Assembly: GCA_902612235.1 (NCBI GenBank)
Contig: CACMCJ010000004.1
Span: 5,314-69,313, forward strand
DNA length: 64,000 nucleotides
Reading direction: 5' to 3'
Origin: an uncultured Pelagibacteraceae bacterium
GTDB taxonomy: Bacteria; Pseudomonadota; Alphaproteobacteria; Pelagibacterales; Pelagibacteraceae
Below the pieces are notes generated by a model. That model made no database searches, was not told the DNA's origin, and worked only from the letters and a program-made list of their open reading frames with translations. Each line of letters opens with the position of its first letter. Position 1 is the first letter of the stretch. Shown here piece by piece: positions 31,625 to 40,657 of this stretch. The translations under genes were made by a program, and so were the position numbers.

Positions 31625-32629
31625 CTACTTCTTAGCAGGCATGTTAACTAACTTCGTAGCGTTAGTTCTAGATGTTTTGTATAACTTGCCATCTAGAGGT
31701 ACTAGCCCGATATCAGTTAAATAACCTTTATTACCCATAGCTTTTTTACTTGTGAACTCTTTTACGAATTCATGTAAGCCAGGTACAACGCCCACGTGAG
31801 CTTTTTTCACATAGAAGAATAAAGGTCTTGCAACTGCGTAACTGTAATCTTGAATCGAAGATAGACTTGGTTGACCACCTTCAATGCTTGCAGCTTGCAA
31901 TTTATCTTTTGCAGCTAAGAAATAACTGAAACCAAAGAAACCGAACATTTCTTTGTCCGCAGCTAATTTTTGAATAATAAGTGAGTCGTTCTCACCAACT
32001 TCAATTACCGCACCATCTTCTCTTAACGCTTTATATTTAGCGCCAGCTTTTTTAGAAGCATCATCGATACCTTTTTTCATTACTAATGAATTCCAAGCAT
32101 CTCTTGTTCCTGATGTTCCTGGAGGCACCATAACTTTGATAGGGTAGTTTGGTAATGATGGGTCGATATCACTCCAATTTTTATATGGATTTGGTACTAA
32201 CGCACCATCTTTAGCAACTTCTTTTGCTAATGCTGCCCATAATTGTTTTTTTGTAAAGTTTACTGGTTTAGCATCTTTAGAATAAGCTAACGTTATTCCG
32301 TCGTTACCAACTGTAATCTCTACGATTTCTTCAACACCATTTTTTTGACATAGCGCATACTCTTTAGCCTTCATAGCTCTAGATGCATTTGTTATGTCTG
32401 GGTGCTCTGTACCAACTCCAGCACAGAATAATTTAGCTCCACCACCTGTTCCTGTTGACTCGATTACTGGTGTTTTAAATTTACCAGACGAACCAAATCT
32501 TTCAGCAACGATTGTTGCATAAGGGAATACAGTTGAAGAACCTACGATTTTAATCTGATCTCTAGCTTGAGCAGAAGTTACAACTAACATTGCAACTAAT
32601 GAAGCTAAAGCGATTGATAGTTTTCTCAT
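31625..32629 (-). CDS. pstS: Phosphate ABC transporter substrate-binding protein
   Basis: Signal peptide, IVGSSTVFP, STGTGGG, NASR, SGT, Y..ARPLF. Confidence 0.96.
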   Translation of the reverse strand: MRKLSIALASLVAMLVVTSAQARDQIKIVGSSTVFPYATIVAERFGSSGKFKTPVIESTGTGGGAKLFCAGVGTEHPDITNASRAMKAKEYALCQKNGVEEIVEITVGNDGITLAYSKDAKPVNFTKKQLWAALAKEVAKDGALVPNPYKNWSDIDPSLPNYPIKVMVPPGTSGTRDAWNSLVMKKGIDDASKKAGAKYKALREDGAVIEVGENDSLIIQKLAADKEMFGFFGFSYFLAAKDKLQAASIEGGQPSLSSIQDYSYAVARPLFFYVKKAHVGVVPGLHEFVKEFTSKKAMGNKGYLTDIGLVPLDGKLYKTSRTNATKLVNMPAKK

Positions 32630-32697
32630 TGTTTATCCTTTCATTTATTAATTAATTAACAAACATTGTATTCATAGAATTAAGAGGACTCTTAATT

Positions 32698-32726
32698 ATT
32701 GCAGATATGTTACAAATTTATTAAAA
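32698..32726 (-). promoter_or_regulatory. Putative Pho box of pstS
   Basis: TTTTAAT-AAAT-TTGTAAC-ATAT-CTGCAAT, three half-sites at an 11-bp period resembling CTGTCAT-N4-CTGTCAC. Confidence 0.65.
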
Positions 32727-32736
32727 TGATAACTTT

Positions 32737-33348
32737 TTAGTTGAACTTTCTAGTTATCTCGATTTGTTGATAATCAGAGGCTAAAGACCCTCCGCAACTA
32801 AAAGGTCTTACTTTATTTTTAACTGCGTAGGATTGAGTTGGCTTTAATGTAACTTCTAGTTGTACAAAGTTAACTAATTTTTGAGTAAAACCTTTATCAT
32901 ATCTCCAAGCATTCAATTGTGTTGGAGCGGTGAATACTTCACTTAAATAAGATGCAGCTTTTGAGTGAATCATATTGCTCTCGTTTTGTCCTTTTAAAAG
33001 ATTATTTTTAACTTTTTCAAAAATTTTTCTACATTTAATTGAGTCCACCATGTACGAGTTAGCATTTAAATGAGTGCTCATCGGTGCTGACACAATTAAT
33101 TGAATTCCATCGTCTCTTCTAGAAAATAAAGCTTCAGTATAAATTGTAGATACATTTTTATTATCTACTTCAAGAACTAAATCGTTTTTAGCTTGCCTAA
33201 GATCGTTTTTAAGTCTTAAAAGTCCAAGATCAAAAACTGTGAGAGGTTGAGAACGTAAAGTTTTCTCAATTAAGTTTACATCTGCCTTAACAGTTGTAAA
33301 AGTTAAAGTTAATAAAACCAGAATTATATAATTTGTTATTCTAGTCAT
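32737..33348 (-). CDS. Secreted/periplasmic hypothetical protein
   Basis: 203 aa, signal peptide ending VKA/D, two Cys; between phoR and pstS. Confidence 0.75.
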   Translation of the reverse strand: MTRITNYIILVLLTLTFTTVKADVNLIEKTLRSQPLTVFDLGLLRLKNDLRQAKNDLVLEVDNKNVSTIYTEALFSRRDDGIQLIVSAPMSTHLNANSYMVDSIKCRKIFEKVKNNLLKGQNESNMIHSKAASYLSEVFTAPTQLNAWRYDKGFTQKLVNFVQLEVTLKPTQSYAVKNKVRPFSCGGSLASDYQQIEITRKFN

Positions 33349-33411
33349 ACTAGAATTTTAACTATTTTACTGTCTATCTCAAGACATAATTTAATAAATT
33401 TGTGATATTTG

Positions 33412-34608
33412 CTAAAATTTAGAAAAGTGAACCTTTATTTCGGTGCCACTTTGAGCCTCACTTTTTATTTCTAACTCACCTCTATGCTGATTAACAATGT
33501 GCTTCACGATCGCCATTCCAAGTCCAGTGCCACCAACTTTTTTACTTTTAGCTGCATCAACTCTAAAAAATCTTTCTGTAATTCTCGGAAGTTGTTCAGT
33601 TGGAATTCCAATACCATTATCTTTAATGGACACGGTGTAAGAGTCTCCTATTACTTTTCCGTTACCTTGTCCACAATTAACCTCGATCTTTTTATTTTTT
33701 TCTGAATATTTTATACTGTTATCAATAATATTTGAAAAAACTTCAATTAATTTTTCATGATCGCCTTTAATAAAGAAATCATCTTTTATATTATTTTTAA
33801 ATTCAAAAGATTTTAAATTTTTTTGATGGATGTCTTCAACGTTACTTAAAATTTCTTTTAAATTTACTTTATCTTGAGGCTGTATATGTTCCTCTAACTC
33901 AATTTTACTTAGTGAAAGTAAATCTTTAATTAAGCTTTCCATCCTATCAGCTTGCTCAAGCATTATCGGTATGAATTTTTTTTGTGCTTCTAAATCATCT
34001 TTCGCATGTCCGCTTATAGTTTCTAGAAATCCTTTAATAGAAACTAAAGGCGTTTTAAGTTCATGGCTTACATTGGCTACAAAATCAGATTTGAACCTTT
34101 GCGCTTTTATAATATCAGTTAAATCTTTTAGAAATAAAACAACTGAGTCAGGATCATCGACATATGAGGTCGGTCCAGAGAATAGATGAACTTTAAAGAA
34201 CTGAAATGAGGGAGAGGATAATTCTAAATCCATAGTAATTGTCTCTTTTTTTAAAAGCACTAAATCAATATTTTGGAGTAAATCAGGAACTCTCAATAAA
34301 GTAGCCACGTGCTTATTTAAATTATTTTCCCCAAATTTTTTTTTTGCACTATTATTAAAAAATTTGATATTTTTAAATTTATCTACAATTAAAATTAGAT
34401 CATCGATTTGATTTATAATCTTTACTTGCTCATAAGTTTTTTCAATATTTTCATTGGTGATGTCTTCTATTCCCTCTTCATTATTACTTGGTTTGTTCTC
34501 TCTCTTAATATCGGATCTTGCCTCCATACCTGCTACAATTGATTTTCTGGATACTGCAATTACTACGATCACAATTATTCCAGCAAGAGAGTAAAATAAT
34601 AATTCCAT
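33412..34608 (-). CDS. phoR: Phosphate regulon sensor histidine kinase
   Basis: DFVANVSHELKTPL, NIIDNSIKY, DNGIGI, ERFFRVD, GGTGLG; N-terminal TM; pho context. Confidence 0.92.
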   Translation of the reverse strand: MELLFYSLAGIIVIVVIAVSRKSIVAGMEARSDIKRENKPSNNEEGIEDITNENIEKTYEQVKIINQIDDLILIVDKFKNIKFFNNSAKKKFGENNLNKHVATLLRVPDLLQNIDLVLLKKETITMDLELSSPSFQFFKVHLFSGPTSYVDDPDSVVLFLKDLTDIIKAQRFKSDFVANVSHELKTPLVSIKGFLETISGHAKDDLEAQKKFIPIMLEQADRMESLIKDLLSLSKIELEEHIQPQDKVNLKEILSNVEDIHQKNLKSFEFKNNIKDDFFIKGDHEKLIEVFSNIIDNSIKYSEKNKKIEVNCGQGNGKVIGDSYTVSIKDNGIGIPTEQLPRITERFFRVDAAKSKKVGGTGLGMAIVKHIVNQHRGELEIKSEAQSGTEIKVHFSKF

Positions 34609-34650
34609 GATTTGATTATACTTTAAAGATATAGACTAAAGAAATATTTT

Positions 34651-35658
34651 TTAGCGGTTTGATACCGCACTATTTAAAAAGATTTTTGCGCAATTTTCCC
34701 AGGTATATTTTTTTGCATGCTCAATGCAAGCGCTTCTATCTGACTTAAGAGCTTCAAGTGCTGCTTTTTTAAGATCGTTGTTTAACGAGCCAATGTTTGT
34801 ACCGTTAAAAATATCTTTTGGTCCTGCTACTGGGTAAGCAGCTACTGGCAATCCACATTTTAAAGCTTCTATAATTACAATTCCAAAAGTATCTGTTTTG
34901 CTCGGGAAAACAAAAACATCAGAAGAAGCAAAGTAACTTGCAAGCTCACCATTTGTTCTCTCTCCTTTAAATATTGCTTCAGGGTATTCTTTTTTAAGTT
35001 TATCTAAATCAGGTCCTTTACCAACAACTAGTTTCGTGCCTTCTAACTCTAAATCCAGAAATGCTCTGATGTTCTTCTCAATAGATACCCTACCCACATA
35101 AAGATAAATTGGTCTTTTATACTCTAAATTAATCTTTTTAGGCTTTTGAAATGCCCCGTGGTTTGCCCCTCTGGTCCAAACAACCATCTTATCCTTATCA
35201 AAACCAATTTCTTGAAGTTCATCTTTCATTGATTGAGTTGTTACTAAAATTTTTTCCGCCTTTGAATGAAATCCTTTAAGGAACTTTTGAGCAAGCTTAA
35301 TTGGCAAATAAGGATAGTATAACTTCAAATATTTATCAAATTGAGTATGGTAAGACGTGGTAAACTTAAGCTTATTTTTTACACAATATCTTTTTGCAAA
35401 TATTCCTATCGGGCCTTCTGTTGCTATGTGAATTATGTCAGCATCGGCTTTAGAAATTAATCTACCTACTCTAGGCCAAACATTAAGAGAAAGTTTTATT
35501 TCATTATATTTTGGCATTGGCACAGTAAAAAATTGGTTAGGTTCAATATATTCAACCTGATGTCCAATTTTTTTTAATTCATCGCCAAGATTTTTTAAAG
35601 TTCTACAAACACCATTCACTTGCGGATACCAGGCATCAGTAACGATTAAAATTTTCAT
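34651..35658 (-). CDS. agt: GT4 glycosyltransferase (Agt-like glycolipid synthase acting on DAG)
   Basis: VTDAWYPQVNGV, HIATEGP.G, YVGRVSIEKN, FPSKTDTFG..IIEA; directly downstream of plcP. Confidence 0.82.
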   Translation of the reverse strand: MKILIVTDAWYPQVNGVCRTLKNLGDELKKIGHQVEYIEPNQFFTVPMPKYNEIKLSLNVWPRVGRLISKADADIIHIATEGPIGIFAKRYCVKNKLKFTTSYHTQFDKYLKLYYPYLPIKLAQKFLKGFHSKAEKILVTTQSMKDELQEIGFDKDKMVVWTRGANHGAFQKPKKINLEYKRPIYLYVGRVSIEKNIRAFLDLELEGTKLVVGKGPDLDKLKKEYPEAIFKGERTNGELASYFASSDVFVFPSKTDTFGIVIIEALKCGLPVAAYPVAGPKDIFNGTNIGSLNNDLKKAALEALKSDRSACIEHAKKYTWENCAKIFLNSAVSNR

Positions 35659-36474
35659 TTATTTATTTACTACTTTTAGATATGGCTTGTAATCGACAAC
35701 ATCACCTCTGATTTTGTTCCAGTCAATAACTTCCATGCGACCATCGAAATGTTCTACCAAGAAAGTTGCACCTTCTACCCAATCACCACAATTTAAATAT
35801 CTCACACCATCTAAGACTTGATCGGCAGAATGATGAATATGACCACAAATTATACCATCAACATTTTTTTTTTTAGCATAAGTTGCTAAAGTTTTTTCAT
35901 AATCGCCTATATATTTTACAGCGTTCTTTACTTTGTGTTTTAAATATTTTGCTAAAGACCAATTACCCTTTTTAAATAATCTTCTAAAAAAATTGATAAC
36001 AACATTAAACTCAAGTAAAAAACTATAAGCAATAGCTCCTACTTTTGATAACCATGGAGCATATTTCATCACTCCATCCCAGGCATCACCATGAACAACA
36101 ATATACTTTTTATTATCTGAGCTTACATGTATGGCTCTATTTACAACTTCAATATCGCCAAAATGTAATGGTAAAAATTTTCTGAAGACATCATCATGAT
36201 TTCCAACAATATATTTTACTTTTGTTCCATGTCTTGCTTTTCTTAATGTTTTTTGAATCACATCATTATGTTCTTGAGGCCAGTAAAATTTTGTTTTTAA
36301 AGCCCAAACATCAATGATATCACCAACAAGATATAAATTCTCTGACCTTGAATGTTTGTAAAATTCTAATAATTTGTTTGCTGCACTTTTTCTATGCCCA
36401 AGGTGCAAGTCGGAAATAAAGATGCTTTTGTAATTTAAAATCTTTCCCTCAGATTTAGTTTGAATTGTTTCCAT
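35659..36474 (-). CDS. plcP: PlcP phospholipase C (LpxH-like metallophosphoesterase); likely start ATG 36474
   Basis: ISDLHLG, GDIID, GNHD, HGD, CGHIH, NCGDWVE; paired with agt next to phoR. Confidence 0.88.
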   Translation of the reverse strand: METIQTKSEGKILNYKSIFISDLHLGHRKSAANKLLEFYKHSRSENLYLVGDIIDVWALKTKFYWPQEHNDVIQKTLRKARHGTKVKYIVGNHDDVFRKFLPLHFGDIEVVNRAIHVSSDNKKYIVVHGDAWDGVMKYAPWLSKVGAIAYSFLLEFNVVINFFRRLFKKGNWSLAKYLKHKVKNAVKYIGDYEKTLATYAKKKNVDGIICGHIHHSADQVLDGVRYLNCGDWVEGATFLVEHFDGRMEVIDWNKIRGDVVDYKPYLKVVNK

Positions 36475-36508
36475 ATTTTTTATAAAACGAATCTCTAGTA
36501 CAAGTAGA

Positions 36509-36537
36509 ATCATAAATATGTTACAGAATTGTTAAAA
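36509..36537 (-). promoter_or_regulatory. Putative Pho box of plcP-agt, abutting the DAG kinase start
   Basis: TTTTAAC-AATT-CTGTAAC-ATAT-TTATGAT, nearly the same as the pstS motif. Confidence 0.68.
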
Positions 36538-36538
36538 T

Positions 36539-37435
36539 ATGAATAAAAAATTGAATTTTGCGGTGATATTTAACTCAAATGCAGCAGGTGGTAGAAAACT
36601 TAAATTAATTAACAAGGTCATTAATCTTTTAGAAAAAAATCATATTGTAGATCTTTTTAAAACTGAAAGCGAGGATCATGCAAGGAATGTATTTAAAGAA
36701 TTGTCTAATAAAAAATTTGATCGGTTAGTATTTGCTGGCGGTGACGGGAGCGTATGTTTTGGTATTAATGAAATGTTTAAAAGTGATAATCTAAAAGACA
36801 AATTAGTTGGATACATACCTGCTGGCACTGCAAATATTTTACAAATAGAAACTCAAATTAAAAAAAAGGCGGAGGAGATTTACAACGTCCTAGTATCAGA
36901 TAATCATAAGAAAATTTCATTAGCAAAAATAAATGATAAGTACTTTTTCTTGATGGCTGGTGTAGGTTTTGACTCTCGAATTGTTGAGTCCATAAATACT
37001 AATATTAAAAAGTATCTTGGAAAAGTAATTTTCGCTTTAAAAGGTTTTCAGCATTTTTTATTTTTAAAAAATAATAAAATGGAGGTTAAGGTAGATAATG
37101 AAAAAATTATGGCTGATTGGATTTTATGTACTAATTCAAAATACTATGCTGGTCCCCATTCTATAACTAATGATACCAATATATTTGAAAACAGGATAGT
37201 GGCTTACATATTTAAAGACCTGACCAGAATAAAATTACTTTATTATGTTTGGTTAATTTTAACCAAAGGCGACTTAACTCCTGCAAAAAGTGTAATTAAA
37301 AAAGAATTGAACAGATTAAAAATAAATGGTGTAAACAATAAAGTTCTATCACAAGTTGATGGTGAAAATTGTGGTTACGTAAACAGTCTTGAAATCCAAA
37401 AAACAGACAGATTTATAAATTTATTAGTTCCGTAG
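36539..37435 (+). CDS. Soluble diacylglycerol/lipid kinase (DgkB/YegS family)
   Basis: NSNAAGG, AGGDGS, IPAGTAN, GVGFD, QVDGE. Confidence 0.85.
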   Translation: MNKKLNFAVIFNSNAAGGRKLKLINKVINLLEKNHIVDLFKTESEDHARNVFKELSNKKFDRLVFAGGDGSVCFGINEMFKSDNLKDKLVGYIPAGTANILQIETQIKKKAEEIYNVLVSDNHKKISLAKINDKYFFLMAGVGFDSRIVESINTNIKKYLGKVIFALKGFQHFLFLKNNKMEVKVDNEKIMADWILCTNSKYYAGPHSITNDTNIFENRIVAYIFKDLTRIKLLYYVWLILTKGDLTPAKSVIKKELNRLKINGVNNKVLSQVDGENCGYVNSLEIQKTDRFINLLVP

Positions 37436-37537
37436 GATTTTCTAAATTTTTTCAACTTTTAGTTTAAAAGATTTTTCTTAATTTCATTTGAAAAATTTTT
37501 TAGATTATTTTAGATTTTTCTTTTTTGGAGGAACAAT

Positions 37538-37735
37538 ATGAAAAAAAAGTTAAAAAAAAACGAAAAGAAAAAGAAAAAAATACTAAAATCAATCGATAAG
37601 CTTAAAAATAAGATAAGCACTAAACAAAAAAAACTATCAAAGATTGATCTAAAGATAGCTAGTATCGAGAAAAAAATCGCTGAAAAAAGAGCTAATAAAA
37701 ATAAAGAACCTATCACAGCATCTTTAAATAATTAG
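37538..37735 (+). CDS. Small Lys-rich protein, likely coiled-coil
   Basis: Strong RBS GGAGG 7 nt before ATG, own terminator; 24 Lys in 65 aa. Confidence 0.65.
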   Translation: MKKKLKKNEKKKKKILKSIDKLKNKISTKQKKLSKIDLKIASIEKKIAEKRANKNKEPITASLNN

Positions 37736-37753
37736 TTTATAAATAAATTAAAT

Positions 37754-37784
37754 GCCCCTGATTTAAAAAATCAGGGGTTTATTT
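37754..37784 (+). terminator. Intrinsic terminator between the Lys-rich gene and convergent ugpQ
   Basis: GCCCCTGATTT-AA-AAATCAGGGGT followed by TTATTT. Confidence 0.75.
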
Positions 37785-37818
37785 GCACGACGATAAATAT
37801 ATTTTCAAGTTTTCAAGC

Positions 37819-38751
37819 TTAAAACCAAGAGATATTTTTGGATTTACAAATTTCTTGAACTTTTTTTGGATAGTCAGTGATAATTCCATCAACTCCGTAC
37901 TCGATCATTCTAATAATATCTTTTTCTCTATTCACTGTCCAAACACAAGTAGCTAAACCATGTTTGTGTGCTAATTCTACATTTTGTTTAGTCACATCAC
38001 GGTAAAAAACACTCCATACATGTCCCTCTAGCGATTTAATAATATTTGGTAGCAAAAATAATTCTTCCATAGGATAATTTTTAACCATCCATGGAGAGTT
38101 CTCGTAAATATTCTTTTTAGTTATTGAAAGTCCTTGTTGTAGAGTAATAAATCCTCTTAGGATATTTGGGTTTTGTTTTTTAAGTGCATACAAAATTCTC
38201 CAATCATAAGAAGTGATTAAAGTTCTATCCTCAAGATTAAAGTCTTTAATATCTTTAAGGACCAAGGAAACCATTTTCTCTGGATCTGGTGTTACGTTTT
38301 CTTGTGTTGGAGTTGATTTAATTTCTAAATTTAAAAATACATCTTTATATTTATCTTCCGTCACTAATTTAAAGAAATCAGTTAATTTTGGTATTTTTTC
38401 ACCAGCAATAGGTTTTTGATCTTTAAATCTTTTTGCGTACTTTGTTTCGGGCTTTACACTTCCAATAGTATACTTGCTAATTTCCTCATAAGTGAGTTCT
38501 ACTAATTTCATACTTTTATCTGTGATCCAGTTCCCTGAAGCATCTTTAACTAAATCAGGATTTAGTCTGTAATCATGAAATATTGTTGGAATATTATCTT
38601 TTGAAATTACAACATCAAACTCAACAGCTTTGATACCAAGATCAAACGTATATTTAAAACCAGAGATTGAGTTTTCAACAATATCACCTCTAGCTCCCCT
38701 GTGGCCGTAAATTCTTATGTAATTAGGTTTCGTTAAAAATGGATTGATCAA
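37819..38751 (-). CDS. ugpQ: Glycerophosphodiester phosphodiesterase
   Basis: GHRGARG..ENS, VEFDV, HD, NLEIK, WTVN, GVDGIITDYP. Confidence 0.92.
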   Translation of the reverse strand: MINPFLTKPNYIRIYGHRGARGDIVENSISGFKYTFDLGIKAVEFDVVISKDNIPTIFHDYRLNPDLVKDASGNWITDKSMKLVELTYEEISKYTIGSVKPETKYAKRFKDQKPIAGEKIPKLTDFFKLVTEDKYKDVFLNLEIKSTPTQENVTPDPEKMVSLVLKDIKDFNLEDRTLITSYDWRILYALKKQNPNILRGFITLQQGLSITKKNIYENSPWMVKNYPMEELFLLPNIIKSLEGHVWSVFYRDVTKQNVELAHKHGLATCVWTVNREKDIIRMIEYGVDGIITDYPKKVQEICKSKNISWF

Positions 38752-39803
38752 TTAATCCTCAAATCAGTATTGGTATCAAACAGGTGTAGTTTGTCATTTT
38801 GAATGGAAAGATTTATATTTTTTCCAATAGTGTCTTCTTTAACAACACCTGAGATACTTGCAACTAAAATTTCATTACTATTTTCAAGTTTACCATGAAT
38901 AAGTGTATTCGCTCCGATCAGCTCTACAAGCTCAACTTTTAACTTGATTGGACCATTTTGATCTAATTCAAAATCTTCAGGTCGCATACCTACATTAACT
39001 GGTCCATTAAATTTTGAATTTATTGAAAGTGAGGCTTTGTTTGCAAAAATCACTTTATCATTTTGACAATTACCTTTTAAAATGTTCATTGCTGGACTTC
39101 CAATGAATTGAGCTGTGAATAAAGTTTTAGGCTTTGTATAAACCTCTAAAGGTGTTCCAATATGTTCAACATTTCCTTCGTTCATTACGATCATGCGATC
39201 AGCTAAAGTCATAGCTTCAACTTGATCATGAGTAACATAAAGGGAAGTGGTTTTTAATTGAGTTTGGAGTTTTTTAATCTCTAATCTCATTTGAACTCTC
39301 AATTTTGCATCTAGATTTGATAAAGGTTCGTCAAATAAAAAAGCTACAGGATTTCTTACAATCGCTCTTCCCATCGCAACTCTTTGTCTTTGTCCGCCAG
39401 ATAATTGATTTGGTTTTCTTTGCAGTAATTCCCCAAGCTCTAAAATTTCAGCAGCTTTTTGAACCCTAGTTTCAATTTCATCTTTAGGAATTTTTGCAAT
39501 TTTTAAACCATAGGCCATATTATCAAATACAGACATGTGAGGATAAAGAGCATAATTTTGGAACACCATAGCAATATTTCTTTCCATTGGTTCAAGCTCG
39601 TTTACTTTTTTATTATCGATTAAAATATTTCCCTCATTAGCATCCTCAAGACCGGCAACCATTCTTAACAAAGTTGATTTTCCACATCCCGAAGGGCCTA
39701 CAATTACAATTAGCTCACCATCTTTCACATCAATGCTTAGATCATGGATAACCTGAGTTTTTCCGAAAGATTTTTTTAAATTTTGTAAACTAATTTGAGA
39801 CAT
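38748..39803 (-). CDS. ugpC: Glycerol-3-phosphate ABC transporter ATPase
   Basis: [32 protein letters not shown]. Confidence 0.93.
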   Translation of the reverse strand: MSQISLQNLKKSFGKTQVIHDLSIDVKDGELIVIVGPSGCGKSTLLRMVAGLEDANEGNILIDNKKVNELEPMERNIAMVFQNYALYPHMSVFDNMAYGLKIAKIPKDEIETRVQKAAEILELGELLQRKPNQLSGGQRQRVAMGRAIVRNPVAFLFDEPLSNLDAKLRVQMRLEIKKLQTQLKTTSLYVTHDQVEAMTLADRMIVMNEGNVEHIGTPLEVYTKPKTLFTAQFIGSPAMNILKGNCQNDKVIFANKASLSINSKFNGPVNVGMRPEDFELDQNGPIKLKVELVELIGANTLIHGKLENSNEILVASISGVVKEDTIGKNINLSIQNDKLHLFDTNTDLRIN

Positions 39804-40657
39804 TATTTATCGCTTTCTAATAATCCTTTAACAAAAAACTTTTGCATACTTACTACTATTATTACTGGGGGCACCATAGCCAACATTGCTGTTGCCATAA
39901 TCGTTGGCCAATGAGCAAAGTCATCTCCTGTTGGTATCATTGAATCTATTGCCATTACAATAGTTTGCATATCCGGATCGGTTGTCATTAAGAGTGGCCA
40001 TAAATATTGGTTCCAACCAAAAATAAATAAGATTACAAATAGAGCTGCTATGTTGGTTTTGCTTATGGGTACTAATATATCTATAAAGAAACGCATAGGG
40101 CTGCATCCATCCATTCTAGCTGCTTCAACCATTTCATCTGGAATAGTCATAAAAAATTGCCTGAATAAAAAAGTTGCTGTTGCTGATGCAATTAATGGAA
40201 AGATTAATCCTGTGTAAGAGTTTAATAAATTTAAATTGGCAACAACTTCATAGGTAGGAACTATTCTTACTTCTACTGGAAGCATTAGAGTAATAAAGAT
40301 TAACCAGAAACATAAATTTCTAAATGGAAATCTAAAATACACGAACGCAAAAGCTGATAATAAAGAAATTACAATTTTTCCAACAGTAATTCCGATAGCC
40401 ATAATGGCTGAATTTATCATCATTTGCATAACAGGAACTCTAGCTCCATAACCTTCGGGAGCTCCTCTAAACAAAGCATTTGCATAATTTTCAAAAAATT
40501 CTCCACCTGGTATTACTGGAAGTGGTGGTTGTATTATTGCATCTTGCGTAACTGTTGATGCAACAAAAGTTAACCAAACTGGAAAAAAGATAAATAATAT
40601 TCCTAAAATTAATCCAAGGTGTGTTAACCAGTATCCTGATTTCTTTTTCTCAACCAT
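39803..40657 (-). CDS. ugpE: Glycerol-3-phosphate ABC transporter permease
   Basis: TLMLPVEVRIVPT, ASATATFLFRQFF, EAARMDG, WNQYLWP. Confidence 0.93.
   Translation of the reverse strand: MVEKKKSGYWLTHLGLILGILFIFFPVWLTFVASTVTQDAIIQPPLPVIPGGEFFENYANALFRGAPEGYGARVPVMQMMINSAIMAIGITVGKIVISLLSAFAFVYFRFPFRNLCFWLIFITLMLPVEVRIVPTYEVVANLNLLNSYTGLIFPLIASATATFLFRQFFMTIPDEMVEAARMDGCSPMRFFIDILVPISKTNIAALFVILFIFGWNQYLWPLLMTTDPDMQTIVMAIDSMIPTGDDFAHWPTIMATAMLAMVPPVIIVVSMQKFFVKGLLESDK

Noticed and set aside
37436-37526. Phased T-tracts suggesting curved DNA or a repeat array
   Set aside because: Spacing is irregular and consistent with low-complexity AT-rich intergenic DNA
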